A stretch of 64,000 nt of DNA, taken from assembly GCA_964234715.1 (NCBI GenBank), contig OZ174281.1. One strand, written 5' to 3'. This DNA is from Podarcis melisellensis. Its lineage: Eukaryota. How positions within the stretch are numbered: position 1 is the first letter of the stretch; each line of letters opens with the position of its first letter. The position numbers were made by a program, and so were the translations under genes. Under the pieces are notes generated by a model that was not told the DNA's origin, did no database searches, and saw nothing but the letters and a program-made list of their open reading frames with translations. Shown piece after piece: positions 48,001 through 62,300 of the stretch.

Positions 48001-50484
48001 CCCCCCAAAAAAAACCTGTATCAGAATGGTAGTGACTTGTACCATGACATTAAAGGCAGAGTTTTTCTGCAAGTTAGACCAGACATTTAGCATTCTGGTT
48101 TTAAATCTATTTTTTAAATGCTTTACTAGCTGTTTAAATCACAACTGACGAATTAAAAAAGCACTTCTTTTGAAACCTGCTATTCTAGGAACTGTTTGTT
48201 GATTTTCTTCTGTATGGATCATATAGAACTATATAGCATCAATGCATAAGGTACTTTACAGGGTAGCAAGAACTCAGATGGTCTGAAATTGGACAATATT
48301 AACATGCAAAGCTTCATTTCAGGGGGATGAGATTCGAAGGTGATTTCAAAAGCTTTAGGGAAGAGGTAGCTTTGGCCGAGTTACTAACAAGGGAGTAAAA
48401 AAAGTGACAGTACAACTTGAGTCCCATTTTTGCATTACCCCAGAGTTGCTGCAGAACTTCTTCCCACATGGTTACGGTAGAGATGAGATGAGCCATTCAG
48501 AAGGGGCTGTAACCAGGAGTTACTTTACCCAGTGCCATAGGAATAAGTGGTGCTAAAGTCAGTTCCAGTCATCAGAATTATGGGGGGGGGGGGTTAGAAC
48601 CCAGGTGTGAAGAAGAAACAGGAAGGGATACTTGAGAGAGAGCAGGTGATTGTTGGATGGCCAAGGGTAATAGACACAGTGCCTACAGTATCCATTATGT
48701 AAGACACACAGATCCTTTCCCAAAGCAGAGTTTAAATCTACAGTTTGACTGGGTTGTGGCAGAAGAGGAAAGATAAAGATTATCCTTTGGGGCTGTCTTG
48801 TTAGGTGGGGCATGGGAGGCACTGTAGTAGGTTGGCTCCAGAGCGTCCTAAAGGATCAGTCCAAGGTGGTGCTGGGGGCCTTCAAGTTCTCACCCTTGAT
48901 TTGTGGGGTGCTTCAAGGTATTATTCTGACCACACGCTGTTTAACATGGAGAGTTGGACTTTGGTGTCACCAATATACAGACAACACCTAGCTCTAACCT
49001 ACAGCCAGGTCTTTTTTTCAGCCGGAACTCGGTGCCATTATAAGAGAACAATGGAAGCTTTCCAGGGCAAGTTAGGGCACCTCTTTTTCTAGAAAAATAG
49101 CACTGCCTGCATCTTCCTGAAGCTGGGGAACATCTGAACAGGTGTCTGAAAACGATTCTGGCATACATGAGGGTGAACATGCTGAGGCTTAATCCAGACA
49201 AGACGGAGGTGCTCTCCATGGATGGAATGATTTAACAGTCCTGAATGGGGAAGCACTCTGGTTTGCATCCTGGGATTATGCTAGGAATACCTTTTACCAG
49301 TTTAGGCTGATACAGCAGCTATGGCCCTATCTAGAGAGACCAGACCTTGCCTCAGTAATCCATGCACAAATTACATCCAAGACATTACCATAATGGATTC
49401 TTTGTGTGGCTGCCTTTGAAGACGGTCTGGAAACTCCAACTGGTGCAGGTTTCCACTGCTAGGATGCTGGTAGGGGCAAGGGAACTGGAGGACATGACAC
49501 CAATTCTGTACCAAATGCACTGGTTATAGGTGCGTTTCTGGATGCAATTCAAAGTGCTTGCCTTAACCTTGAAAGCCCTATATGGTTTGAGACAGAATTA
49601 TCTGAAGGATAATAACCTTGAAAGCCCTATATGGTTTGAGACAGAATTATCTGAAGCAATCATACAAACTTGCCTGGGCACTGAGATAAGTCTCTGAGGC
49701 CCTGTTTGTGTACCTTCCTATGATGTCAATTTGGTTGCCAGGCATGAGAAACGAGGCCTTTTCTGTGGCAGCCCCCAGCCTCTTACACTCCTACACACAG
49801 AAGCACAGAAAGTGTGCATTTTTAAATGGGTTTTAAAACCCACCTTTTTCAAGATGTATTTTCTGGACTATGCCTTTTCTTCTCTACAGAGTCATTCTAA
49901 ATACAACTCTACTAGTTTTATAAATAAGACAGGAATATAAACGATGTACACTGCTAACGGAGTCCCTCACACATGACTTGGATTTCCTTACTAAAATGAA
50001 GTGACCAATTATTACCAAAACACATGTAAAAATTACTTTCACTCTGTGCTTTAGAAGAGTTGTAAATCCCAAAAATACAAGTTTAGAAAACTAAGTTGAA
50101 GGAGTGATGAATTCCTCACCATCATCATCATTCTCATCTTCATCTTCATCTTCTTGCAGCTCTAGTGTTTCCTTAGGTTTGTGCTCCTCATCTTCTTCCT
50201 GTTTTCGTTTTTGCTCTTCTTTCTTCTTCTTCCTCTTCTCCTTCCTCTTCTCTCTTTTTGCTGCAAGAGCCTGCTTTCTACTCTCTTCTCTGGACTGTGG
50301 AAAAATAAATTACAATATACCTGATTACACACCAATATAGAATATAAACATATCTACATTGATAACTACAGCAAATGCATTATATAAAGAATTCTAAATT
50401 CTCCAGTGTCTTCTTTTTGGCTCAAGAAACCTCCATAAAGAATGATCCCCCCACGCAAATAAAATAAATAAAATAAATAAAATA

Positions 50485-50539
<55 letters not shown>

Positions 50540-53261
50540 GGTTGGGTTTCCCAAGCCACTCTGGACGGCTTCCAACCGAATATTAAGAATGTGGCTCATG
50601 GGGATGGTTAAGATTTTCAACTGTTAGATCTATACCCATTTGATTTAGAAGTCTTGCTAGCCTGAGTGAAGGAGTGATGGTGGCTTATTCCAGAAAATTA
50701 AAATCCAAAGCAGACTCAGATTAATCCTCTGCTGCATTTATCCCACGCAGGTGCATGAATAAGTCTGAGAGAGGATTTCACTTGATTTATGTAACAGTAT
50801 TTAAGCAAGGTGATGTACTGTATCATCTTACCTTTTCCAAATCTAGCTCTTTTAGCAGGATGCTTGCGTTCTTATTTGCTTCAGCTGCTTGCTGGTCCTT
50901 TGCCTTCACAATTGTTTCAACACACTGGTGACATTTCTTCAGCAAATCCTATACAGTAGAAAGTTTGTGAAAAGGAAAGATAGGTTCAGCAAGTTGCTAG
51001 ACACCAGGAACTACTTCACTGGCATATACAAATGCAGTACCAGAGAATATGTCTGTAGGTAATGAATTAAAACTAGTGATTTTTTATTACTGTTTGGCTG
51101 ATCTACAGTTTTCTGAAAATACAGATTTTAAAGCAATTATCAATTTGTTTGCCATACGTGTGCTAACTGATCTTTCAATGCAAAAAGAGCAGAATTTATA
51201 CTGAAGCTGCAAGTTTAATACTATAAGAGTTTATTGTTTCAACTGGCAGGCCTTGTGCTGGCCAGTTGTCCACCTGCCTACTTTTAGAATACAACTGTAG
51301 CATGGCATTCCAAATCTAGAAAGCATTTCTTATGCTGCCCTTGATAACAGGTGCAAAACCATAACTACCAATGGAAGTAAAGGTGATCAATTTCCTTAGG
51401 CATATCCAGATTTGCAGATGTTGGATATGGTACAGACCAGAAAAGCCTTTACTACTTCAGACAAGATTTATTCCCTCCTACCGAATGTTTCCCCATACAT
51501 ATTTCTACTAGGGCAAATCTAGCATCTTAGAGAAGCATTCACTCCTAGCCTTCTTGCTAACATTTTGGTAGGTCTTTTTTCCAGTGGCAGAAGCATTCAG
51601 CCATGCCCATTCACAAAGTCTAACATATTGTGAAGTACAGCCCTTCACAATAGCAGCTGAGTATCTATCTCTGTATAATGGTAGTTAAGACATATGCGGT
51701 AAAACTGAACACAATATTTTTGTAAAAAAATCCAGTGCTTGTTGAAATTCAGCTATTGGGTATTGGTGGAAGGCAGGTGTGTTGGATAATAGATGCAATG
51801 CCTCCCTTGTACATTTCCAATGCAGGCCTGTGAAAATACAACAGTTTTCAACAGCCTCGCCCCCTCTCTCTGAACCTCATTTTTGTCCAACCTACATACA
51901 TTTATTTCCAATTTGTTGTGCACAGTCCACGCAACTTCCATCAAGGATGTGCTTTTTGGATATAATCTCTATTTGAATAAAGTTTTTTTTTTAAAATAAG
52001 CACTTTCAATATTTGGTACATGAACAATGCTGTTCTACCTACATATGAAACATGCATTGCTAATATACTTGTATAGTATAATGTGGTTCGACTATACAGG
52101 ATCTTGTGAGAGGGATGTAACAAGTGCCTAAAATCCTCCCTTTAGTCTGACCTCATTTTGTGAACTTTTTTTCTTTCAGACCTTTCCCCTAAATTATTTG
52201 GGAGCTGTGATCTTCAACTATAAAAGTCTTGCAATCTGTTTTTTTGTCTGTTTGTTTTAAGTGGTGAACAGAGACTATCCCCTCCCCACCAACACACCAC
52301 ACCTACAATGGAGAAAATGCCCTCACTCAAGAATTTGGGGTGAGGACGCCTAGCTGTTCATTGTCAGATAGCAACTTTGCTTGCAAGTTAATAGATCCAA
52401 GTGGTCTAACACTCAGTTTCATTCATAAACATATCACAGAACCAAGACATAATTGTTTCCATTTTTTATAGTCCACCTTTCCTCTAAAATAGCCAAAGTA
52501 GGCTATGTTCAACTTCTGTATATATTTGGTTTTCAAGAACACTATCAATATTGATTAGATTTGGCTTCATGCTCAGTAGCATCAATATCTGTTGAATTTA
52601 TCTATGCATTATTAAAAATAAATATGGGAGCTACTGCTGGGGAAAAACCGCCACTGTTGATTTTTATCATTGTTAAGTTGCAGGTGGTGCACCACATCAT
52701 TTAAGAACACATTGGGAGCCTTTCTGGCACTCACCTTGTCAGTTATTGTTGCTATGTACCTCATGCATTCAATGTCTGAAGGAAACTGGTTAACTTCTTT
52801 TACCAAAAACTGCACTACTCTTACGTGACCCTGAAAAAAAAAGAGCAGCACCAAGGTTTTATTCATTTATCATTTCCTATCAGAATGGTACACACCAATA
52901 TGTATACACTAAAATATAAAACACCATTAAAAACAGTACAAAATAATCATTAAAACTTTAAACAACTGCATAGGCCTGTCAGCATAACAAGGTCTTCAAC
53001 AGAAAATCAAAAGCAAGTGTTTCCAGCACAGAACCAGCAACACTAAATACCCGACTTCTGATTGAGGCCAGCTGGGCTTCTGAACATGAAGAACAACCAA
53101 CAGCACTTCTCTAGATGATTTCAGTGATCAGGCTCAAGGATCAGGATTCCTCAAGGTATCCTGGACCCAAGCTGTTCAGGGCTTTGTTTAATCTTGAACT
53201 TGGCCAGGGAGCATACAGGCAGCCAGTGCGCATATATGATATGATATGATATGATATATGA

Positions 53262-53309
<48 letters not shown>

Positions 53310-56300
53310 GATCTAACTATCTATCAGAGGTCACATGCTGCCAGTCATCTACCCCCATCTAATTTTAGCTTCCAGACCAAGGGCAGCTCCACATGGAACA
53401 CATTGCAGCAATCAAATGTCAAGATTAACAATGCATGTACTACAGTGGCCAAAATTATTCTGATCCAGATATAGTGGTAGCAGACATACCCAACAAAGCT
53501 GGTAAAAGGCATGCCAGCCACAGAGGTCACTTGGGTCTGGAATGATAAAGATTTACCCGGGAATAATCCCCAAGCTACGTGTTTCCTCCTTTGGAGGAAG
53601 TGCAACCCTGTCTAAAAAAGGCAACTGTCCTATCCTCTGGACACTGAAACCACCTACCTATAATGCCTCTGTCTTTCCAGAATTCAAATGCTGTTTATTT
53701 GTCCTCATCCAGACCACCACTGCATTAAAAGCAATGGTCCAGGGCTTCAACAGCCTCTCCCGATTCAGATGTTATAGAGGAAAAAAGCAGTGTAGTGCTA
53801 GCACCATTCTCCAAAACTCCTAATGGCATCTTCCATATTCAGATGTTAAATAGTGGAGGACAAAATGGTGCCCCCGTGGAGCCCCACAGCACAGCTGCCA
53901 GAAGATTGAAGAGCAGTGCCCCAATGTTACTCTCAGGACTTTACCACACAGCTAGAAATGGAACCTTTGTAAAGAAGGAATTTGATGTTGCACTGTTACA
54001 AATGTTCTGTCAGTGCAAGCATTTCTCCTTCCTCAACAGAACAATCACTCTTCTCCTCCTACGTGGTTTTTGGGTGGGGTTTTTTTTTTTGGTGGGGGTT
54101 CTCCTGAGTTCCACCTGAGTCATTGGGGGGGGGGGCGGAGAGCAGGAGGCAGGACAGCCCCTTTGCCCTAGTGTAAGTCCTTGCATAGGCTTCCAGTAGC
54201 AGGACCATTAGCTGAATCCAGCCCAGTATCTCAGATAACCAGGCCACACAGCTGATCTAGGAGGATACCAGGATCAACGGTATAAAAGGCCTCTGGGAAA
54301 CTAAGAGTAAAGGGATCACAATCTGCCTGTCCCTCTCAATAAAGGTCATCCGCCAGGGCTGATTCAGTCCCCTAATCAGGCCTAAAACCAGACTGAAGTG
54401 GATTCAGATAATCAGTGACATCCAGGACACTTGGAAGTTGCTCCACCACCTTCCCTGCAAAAGGGACGTTGATGGCTGACCAGTAGTGGGTCCAGGATAG
54501 GTTTTTAAAGGAGTAATTGCACTACCCCCCTCTTTAAGAGCAGCTGGGACCACCCCATCATGCAGTGATAACATCCTAGACCCATGTAGTCACTCCAAAT
54601 TTGAGCTAGCTTTGACCAGCCACAATCTAGAGTGCATATGGTCAAAGGCATTGCTTTAAGTATCCTGGCTACATCATCAGGCAACATCAACTGAAAATGA
54701 TCCAGGTGTAGCACTGGACATCATGATTGGATAGTAGCATCCAAGTCAAGATGAAGACTTTGCCTTTAAAGGGTATTGCAAACTACTTGCAGATATGATT
54801 TCATGGATCTGCTCTCGAATCCAGGGTAACAAGTCTCTGGACCAGCTAGCTGACTCCTTGAGGGAGCAATGGATGCAGACATAGGATTATGTCTCCTAAC
54901 GAGTGTTTAGCCAGTTTGAAAGCAAGATTTCATCACTTTCCATCTCATCAACTGCAGCTCTTGGGAATATGAGCGAGCAATGTGATCTCCACAGCACTGA
55001 AGAGCAGCTTGGGAATGATCATGTCAGCAGCCCTTCTTGTCTCACTGCTCCACAGCAAAACAAGAACCTCAACAAAATCACCTACTTTTTCCACTGGGAA
55101 ATCCTCCAGAGCCATTAGAGTCCATCACCCTCAGAGCAGACAATCTGAACTGGTCCCTCCACTCTTGCAGGCATGAATAGCAGTTACAATAACAAACTTC
55201 ACCAGGAAGTGGTCTGACCATGACCATTCCCCACCTGAAGACCAAAACATGTTGAGGGTATGTCCTGCTCTGTGTCAGGATCATGACCATTTGAGGCAGT
55301 TCCACAATTAATATGGAGAAAGTGAATAAGTACAACTAGGTAGCAATTATATCCTGGGAATCAGCGGACATAAACATTGTTTTAGGCAGGCGAAATTGCT
55401 TCTTCAAATGTAAACTACAAACTTTACAGTTCACATCAATTCCTAATGCAAGCTTTCTCAACCTGGTGCCCTCCAAATGTTTTGAACCACTGCCCTCCAT
55501 CAATCATAATGGCTGGGGGCAGCTGTCAGAAACACACAGCGGGCACTAGGTTGGGGAAGGTCGTCATAAGGCAAACAGCAACAGGAAAACGGAAAAAGAG
55601 GAAATTTCATTCATTCTAAGATAAAAGATAGGAAAAACCATCAAGTTGACTTTTTCAGATTTAAATTTTGTGAAACATCAATGAACTTACTTTACGAAAT
55701 GCAGACATAAGGGGAGTAATTTTTCTGTTATCTGCACCATCCACATCAGCTCCTGCCTGCACAAGCAGCTGAACTACATCAAGGTGGCCACCATTAGCTG
55801 CAAGCCAGAGCGGTGTGTTCCCTTTCTTGTTGCGAACATCAATATGTGCCCCCCTGAAAGGAATCAGAATTAAATTCAAGCTGGCAAAAAAATCCAGGCA
55901 GAAATTGAAACTACATTTCACTTCACAAACACTGGTTATATGGAAGCTGCTAAGAACTTCAGAATGTCATCCATGATCTTGAGGTATGTGCTATAAAGAC
56001 TAAACTGAAATTTAGAATTCCAAAAAGGGGGTCTGCAACAAAATTTTAAGGTCTGAGTTTCCAATCATCCCATCCTTTCCCTAACATGTTAGCACTATGT
56101 CAATTGGAACATGCAAAGTGGCTTTTTTCTCTGTAAGTTTTTATTTTTTATTTCTGCAAACATTGCCAAGCATGCTGATACTTCCTTCTTATGCATGGGA
56201 ATGAATTGACTTTACTATCATACAAGTGGGGGTCTCACAACTAAGTGCTGCAGTGTTATCATGGGTGCATATATCATGTGAACTTGTGGCTGAGGAAGTG

Positions 56301-59300
56301 GAAAACACAAAAGTGAGCATCAAAGAGGAGTTTCTGGTCTGACTTAATGTGTAAAATACATATTTTTAGTTACATTTTTTTTTGTTACAGTCTACATGAA
56401 AATCAATAGAGCAATGGTCTTTGTAAATGCAACTCAGTGCTTGACGTGGCCCAAAGGAAAGTCTAAAGGGGCAGTTTTAGAATAGTGACCACCCCTGATT
56501 GGCAATATCAACAGTGAATTATACTGCAGGGTTGTTGGATGCTACTTTCTGAACCCAGCTTGCAATGTGGGGGTAAATGCAATGGATAACAGTGCAGGGT
56601 TTGGACTCTGGTTGAGTCCAACCAGTAAAGCGTGTTAAATACACTGCAGGGCTGCTATATTCTCTCCATCACAAGCCCTGTCAATCTGCAATATGGAGAA
56701 TGAACTTCATTTGAGATGGTTCTCTGCACCTCTTAACATCTGTCTCTCTCCTACAATCCTTCCCAGTTGCTCCACTCTGTTCCCCCTCCCACCCAGTTGG
56801 CAATTCCCCCTTCACTTAAATAGCCCAGTTTGTAGATTACAGTAGATGCAGGAATGGGAACCTGCACACATCCAAATGTCGTTGGACTAAACTCCCACCA
56901 ACCACAGTCAGAATGACCAATGGCCAGAGATGATGGGAATTGCAGAATTTAACATCTGGAGGGTCACAGCTTCTTCACCCCTTTAGTAAGCCATAGTCAA
57001 TGGTTTACTCCAAACATCATGATTGCAACATTTTCACACAGACCCTCTAGCTAGCAGGAGCAACAAACCAGGTTTAGCATTATGTCCAACACCAGGTAGT
57101 TTGTTTCATTCAAACAAATCATGACTGGTAAGCCTGGCTTAACTTTGTGCTTTGTTAGGAGCAGAACTTTAGTATATTACAATGCTAAGTTCCACTAGTT
57201 AGAGGGAAGGATTGAAGCAGGAGCCTTCTGCAGTCACATGGTAAACCATTAACTATGGTTTACTATGATGTGTGAATGCTGCCAGTCTCAACGTTCTATG
57301 CCATTGAATTTCTAAGGAACTATTTCAGTTTTTGCTCCTCCCTGTGGCTTTTTTATATAGTGCTGCCAAAACCACCAGGTTCTTCTGAGTCTGCTGGTAC
57401 CTACTTTTGTATGTGGGTACTCTGGTCGTTATAGTTATTCATGTAAAAAAAATGACATACCGATTAATCAGGAGCTCACAAAACTTGTAGTGGCCTTTAT
57501 CTGCTGCAATTGTTAAAGCAGTATCTCTTGAGGAAGGCACAGGAGGAGCATTGACATCTGCTCCTTTATCAAGAAGAACTCTTCCAACTTCAGCATAACC
57601 TCCAGAAGCAGCTTCCATCAGAGGGGTGAGCCCAGTCTGTTTAAAAGAATGTTTGAAATAGAGTCTATATAAAGCAGTTCTAAACATAATCTAGAAACAG
57701 TTGCCAACCTCTTTCACTATGTAAGGATCCCAATGCATGCAAGACCTATCAACATGACTCAGGGTAGCTAGAGTCACACACAATGGATTCACAAGTCAAA
57801 AAAAAGCTGTAAGGTCTTGGGACTATTATGTTCAGGTCAGTAGAAGCATCTGTACAGCATAAATGTTCACTTTAATGGATGTCACATCAAAATACAATGC
57901 TTTGCTTTAGTACAGAATTTTGCTGCCTTGAACACTGCACACTTGAACAATTTGAACAAAAGTACCTCATCACTTATTTACTAGCATGATATTCAGAATG
58001 TTAATATTAATCTGCTCACCACAATATTCAAGACTTTGCAGTTTGCATTTTCTTTGGCTAGTGTTTGGGCTTTTGTTTCCTGCTTCTCTCCAATACACCT
58101 GCACGACTCCTCCTGCAGAGGCTCCCACAGGGCTATAGTTCAGGAACTAAACTGAGTCAAAGCTAATCTATTTCTTTAATCTTCAATTTACCTCAAGGTT
58201 TCTGCACTTTTAGTCAATAAGGGAAGAGAAGTGGAGTTCGCCACTACTGGCATGCACCTTCTGTCAGGTTGTCCAAATGGGAATGTGGCCCTCGAATTGC
58301 AGAGAATCCCCATCCCTTTCCTCTTTTCTCTCCCCTTATTGACAGGCAGTGAGGAACGATCAATGAGGAACTTTTTTCGATTTGAAAGCTGCATTCCTTT
58401 GTGTGAAGAATAAAGCCACAACCACCCAATATATCCTACACACACTGCAGCAAACTGCTCATGGGAAAATAATAATCTTTTACTCTTTGGACAGCTCGTA
58501 ATCTCTTCCACCACCACTCTCTTGTTGCTTGGCCGGAGAAACTGGGACATGGAGTAGGCAGACTCTGGAAAAAGAGGCTGGCGGGGCAGATGAGGAGGCC
58601 CCAGGTTGCTTCTGGTCTATAGGCCAGAGGTTCCTCACTCCTACTGTAAACAGGTACCCTTAATCCTTTTAAGATCCAGAATTCATCTTTAACACCCACC
58701 TCCAATATAGGAGCCACTCAATTTTTTCACTGTTCATCTTTTGCCTTTTCTCTCTAGGACCACCAGCAAAAAAAGAGGCTATTGGAACAGTGAGTGCCTC
58801 TCTACTTTACAGTTACAATCTATTATACAACAGCAAGAAAAAAACAGCTGCCAAAATTCCCTATTCCACACAAAAGTACGTAAGTTTCATATCTGCTTCA
58901 ATTTTGTCTTCACTCTAATTTAATATCAAAATAAGTGGTGTGGTGCATTTTAGGCTGCAATCCACCTTAGCTTGGATAGGTACAACCCACTATGTGAAAA
59001 CCAGTATGATAACCAGTAAGGTATCTTACCATCAGGTGTAGCATTTGAGGCAATGTCAGCCATGATGTGGTATCATGAATAATGGTACATTTACTAAAAT
59101 AAAAGCAATAAAGCCTTCCAATACTCAGTGATGGACAAGATAAGTTGGCATTATTTCAAATTACTGAAATAGTTAAAACCGGAAGCTTTAAACTAAGTCT
59201 ATTGCCAAAACCCTTTTTACCACAAGTCTATTTGAGAAGAAAGCTATCTGCAGGCTCACCTTTGCCCTATGTTCAACATTGGCTTTTCTGTCCAAAAGCA

Positions 59301-62300
59301 GGCTGACCACCTCTGCTCTGCCCTGGAAACAGGCCAAAGTGAGCGCTGTATTCCGATTGGTCTCAATCTGAGCATTTATATCAGAGCCCATATCAAGCAA
59401 CAGCTTCACTGCAGGAACATGGCCATTCATAGCCGCCAACATCAGAGGAGAAATGCCTAGCTTACTCCCAGTCCTAGAGGGAAGAGATAATTAATACAAC
59501 CACCAGAACAAAAGAACCTGGACAAATGTACAGAAAACAAGTCCCCCCCCCCCCCGCCCCTGGAAGAATAGACACAGGTTTGCAGAAAAATGGAAGACAA
59601 ACCTAACTGACAAAAGCAGACCAGAGCAGACTAAAGCAGACTGGTCTCAGTTGATACCACCATTTTACATGCTAAAAACACTAGCAGGAATTTGAGGGGG
59701 GAAATCTACTAACAAAGTATGTGAGCTTTCAATATATAAAAAATAGACATCAATAAATTGCACATTAGTTATGAGGAGCCCGTATTATGATCGTTTAATA
59801 CAACTGAATAGGATCAAAATAGATAAGTTGACTTAGACATCCCCTTTATTCCTCCTCCCAAGGTAGAACCAGAAGTGGCAAATGCAGCATGCCACAGAGT
59901 CCAATAAACACAGCCTGTTACCTTGAATTAATTTCCGCTCCAGCATTAAGTAGGATCTTAATAATATTAACATATCCCCCAGATGCGGCAAGACTAAGAG
60001 GTGTATAATCAGACACATTCCTGTGTTCTTTATTTGCTCCTCGTGCCAGCAGTAAGTCAACAACCTGAAAGGTACAATATTAGCAGGATCAGAGGATAAC
60101 ACCACTCTGGCACTGGGTGGAATTCGCAAACAGCCAAACTGTTAAATCTATAAATAGCTAGAATACAAAATGGCAAGTCAGGGAACCAAGGTTCTCTTTT
60201 AATCCTTTCTTTTCCTCAATGGCTATACAAAGAACCAGTTGCCAATTGTCATTAGCGTATAGAGAGATTATGGCAGCAGAGCACTCCTCAAAATTAGTTT
60301 CACTAGTTTGTACGTTTTTAATGGTACTGAGAATCCTATAGTCTATATCAAGGTTTCCCAAAGTTGGGTCTCCAGATGTTTTGGGACTACAATTCCCACC
60401 ATCTCTGATGACTGGTTTGCTAGCTAGGGATGATGGGAGTTGTAGTCAACAGCTGGAGACCAAAGTTTGGGAAACCCTGCTCTATATACAAAAAATCCAC
60501 AGAACAGGTCGCTTACCATGAAGGCTCTTTCTGGTTTGATGTAGAGGCATCCAGAATGGGCTGTCTTGTTGTACTGCCCAGGACACAGAGTACTGACCTG
60601 AAATTGTGTGGCTCCAGACTCTTCTCCACTTTCCTGCCTTGACCAGGAACAGAGCCCTCTATTCTAGCTTCCCTCTCTTTCATTCCTGCAACAGGCTTCT
60701 AGGACTTCAAGAATTTCAAAATCGTGGCAAGTGTGTGATCAATGGAAATGTAACGTTTGTCAAAGGCTCTAGATTGCATTGTGAGGCTTGAAAGCAGCAA
60801 AGTACTGATTCTTTTTCCCCTGCAGATCCCAACATGTCCTTTTTAGTCTGAATGCATGGAGGAAATTTTCCTTCTTACAGAGTGCCATAGTTTTCTTTTT
60901 CCTTTTCAAATGGATCTTGGAGAAAGCAACAAAAAGGTACTAGTAACAAGAACTGAAAAAGGTAAAGCTGGTGAAGGTGTAGAAGCTACTGAAGTCACAA
61001 AAGGTGTTGCAGAAGTGAGAGAAAGGACATGGAAGATTCAGCTCTGTTCCTGGGCAAAGCTGGCTGAAGAGTAAAATTTCTCTTGGACTCAGATCTGGTA
61101 TACAGTTACAGGTGGGATGTGGTTGGTGCTGTGGTCTAAACCACTGAGCCTCTTGGGCTTGCCAATCATAAGGTCGACAGTTCAAATCCGTGCGACAGGG
61201 TGAGCTCACGCTCCTGCCAACCTAGCAGTTCGAAAGCATACTAGCATGAGTAGATAAAGAGGTACCACGGCGTCAGGTAAATGGCATTTCCATGCACTCT
61301 GGAACTTGTCAAGGTGTTCCGTGCGCCAGAAGTGATTTAGTCATGCTGGGCACATGACCCCGAAAAGCTGTCTGTGGACAAATACCAGCTCCCTTGGCTT
61401 GAAAGTGAAGATGAGCACCACACTCCATAGACAAATTCGACCCAGGAGTCCTTTACCTTTTACAGTTACAGGTTACATGATACCTGCCCATCCTGAGCAG
61501 TATGGGGAGTATGGACAGTCCAACTTGGATGCCTTTTTCACACCAGAGAAGATTTTGAAGAATCTTGTTTGCCAGACTGACAAAATCAAATCTATCAAGA
61601 GCCATTTTAAAGAATGTTTGTAGGAAACAAATTTCTACTACTGGCAATCCACAAATTAAAAAATTAAACATGTTCAATACAATATATATACTTATAAACT
61701 AAAATATACAAAAAAAAAAAATGTTTCAGGGAGCAAGGGGACATATCAGGCTGCTACATTCATGCTCTCTTCTCCTAACTTAAGACTAAGGAATATGATA
61801 TATTATAACATTTACCTCTTGGCGTCCACCAGAGCATGCTAATGAAAGTGGAGTGTCCTTAGTACGTTCAGATTGTGCTTCTATATCTCCACCCTTGTCT
61901 AGAAGGATCTCTACAACACCAACATGTCCAGCAGTTGCAGCTAAAATTAGCGGTGTAAATCCTAATAGAGATTATTATATTAGTTGCCATTTTCAAAAGA
62001 GGCAAAGAGGTAGAAAGAAAAGTTGTGTATTAAAACCAATAATTCACAATAAATATTGGCAATGGAAATCACTGAACAGTCAGTGTTTGAGTTTGTGATA
62101 AAGCACTTGTGGTGGGGGACAAAAAGCTAACAAGAAGCCTCTGCTAAAAAAAACATATCCTCCATTCACAGTTAATGCTCAAAGTTCCATATAACAAACA
62201 TTAAATTCCCCCCAAAACTGTTTCAAAGCAGTTTTTCTTCTATGAGCTAGAAAGTTATGAAAAGTAATGGAATGTCCAATATCAAGCCCTGAAAAAAATA

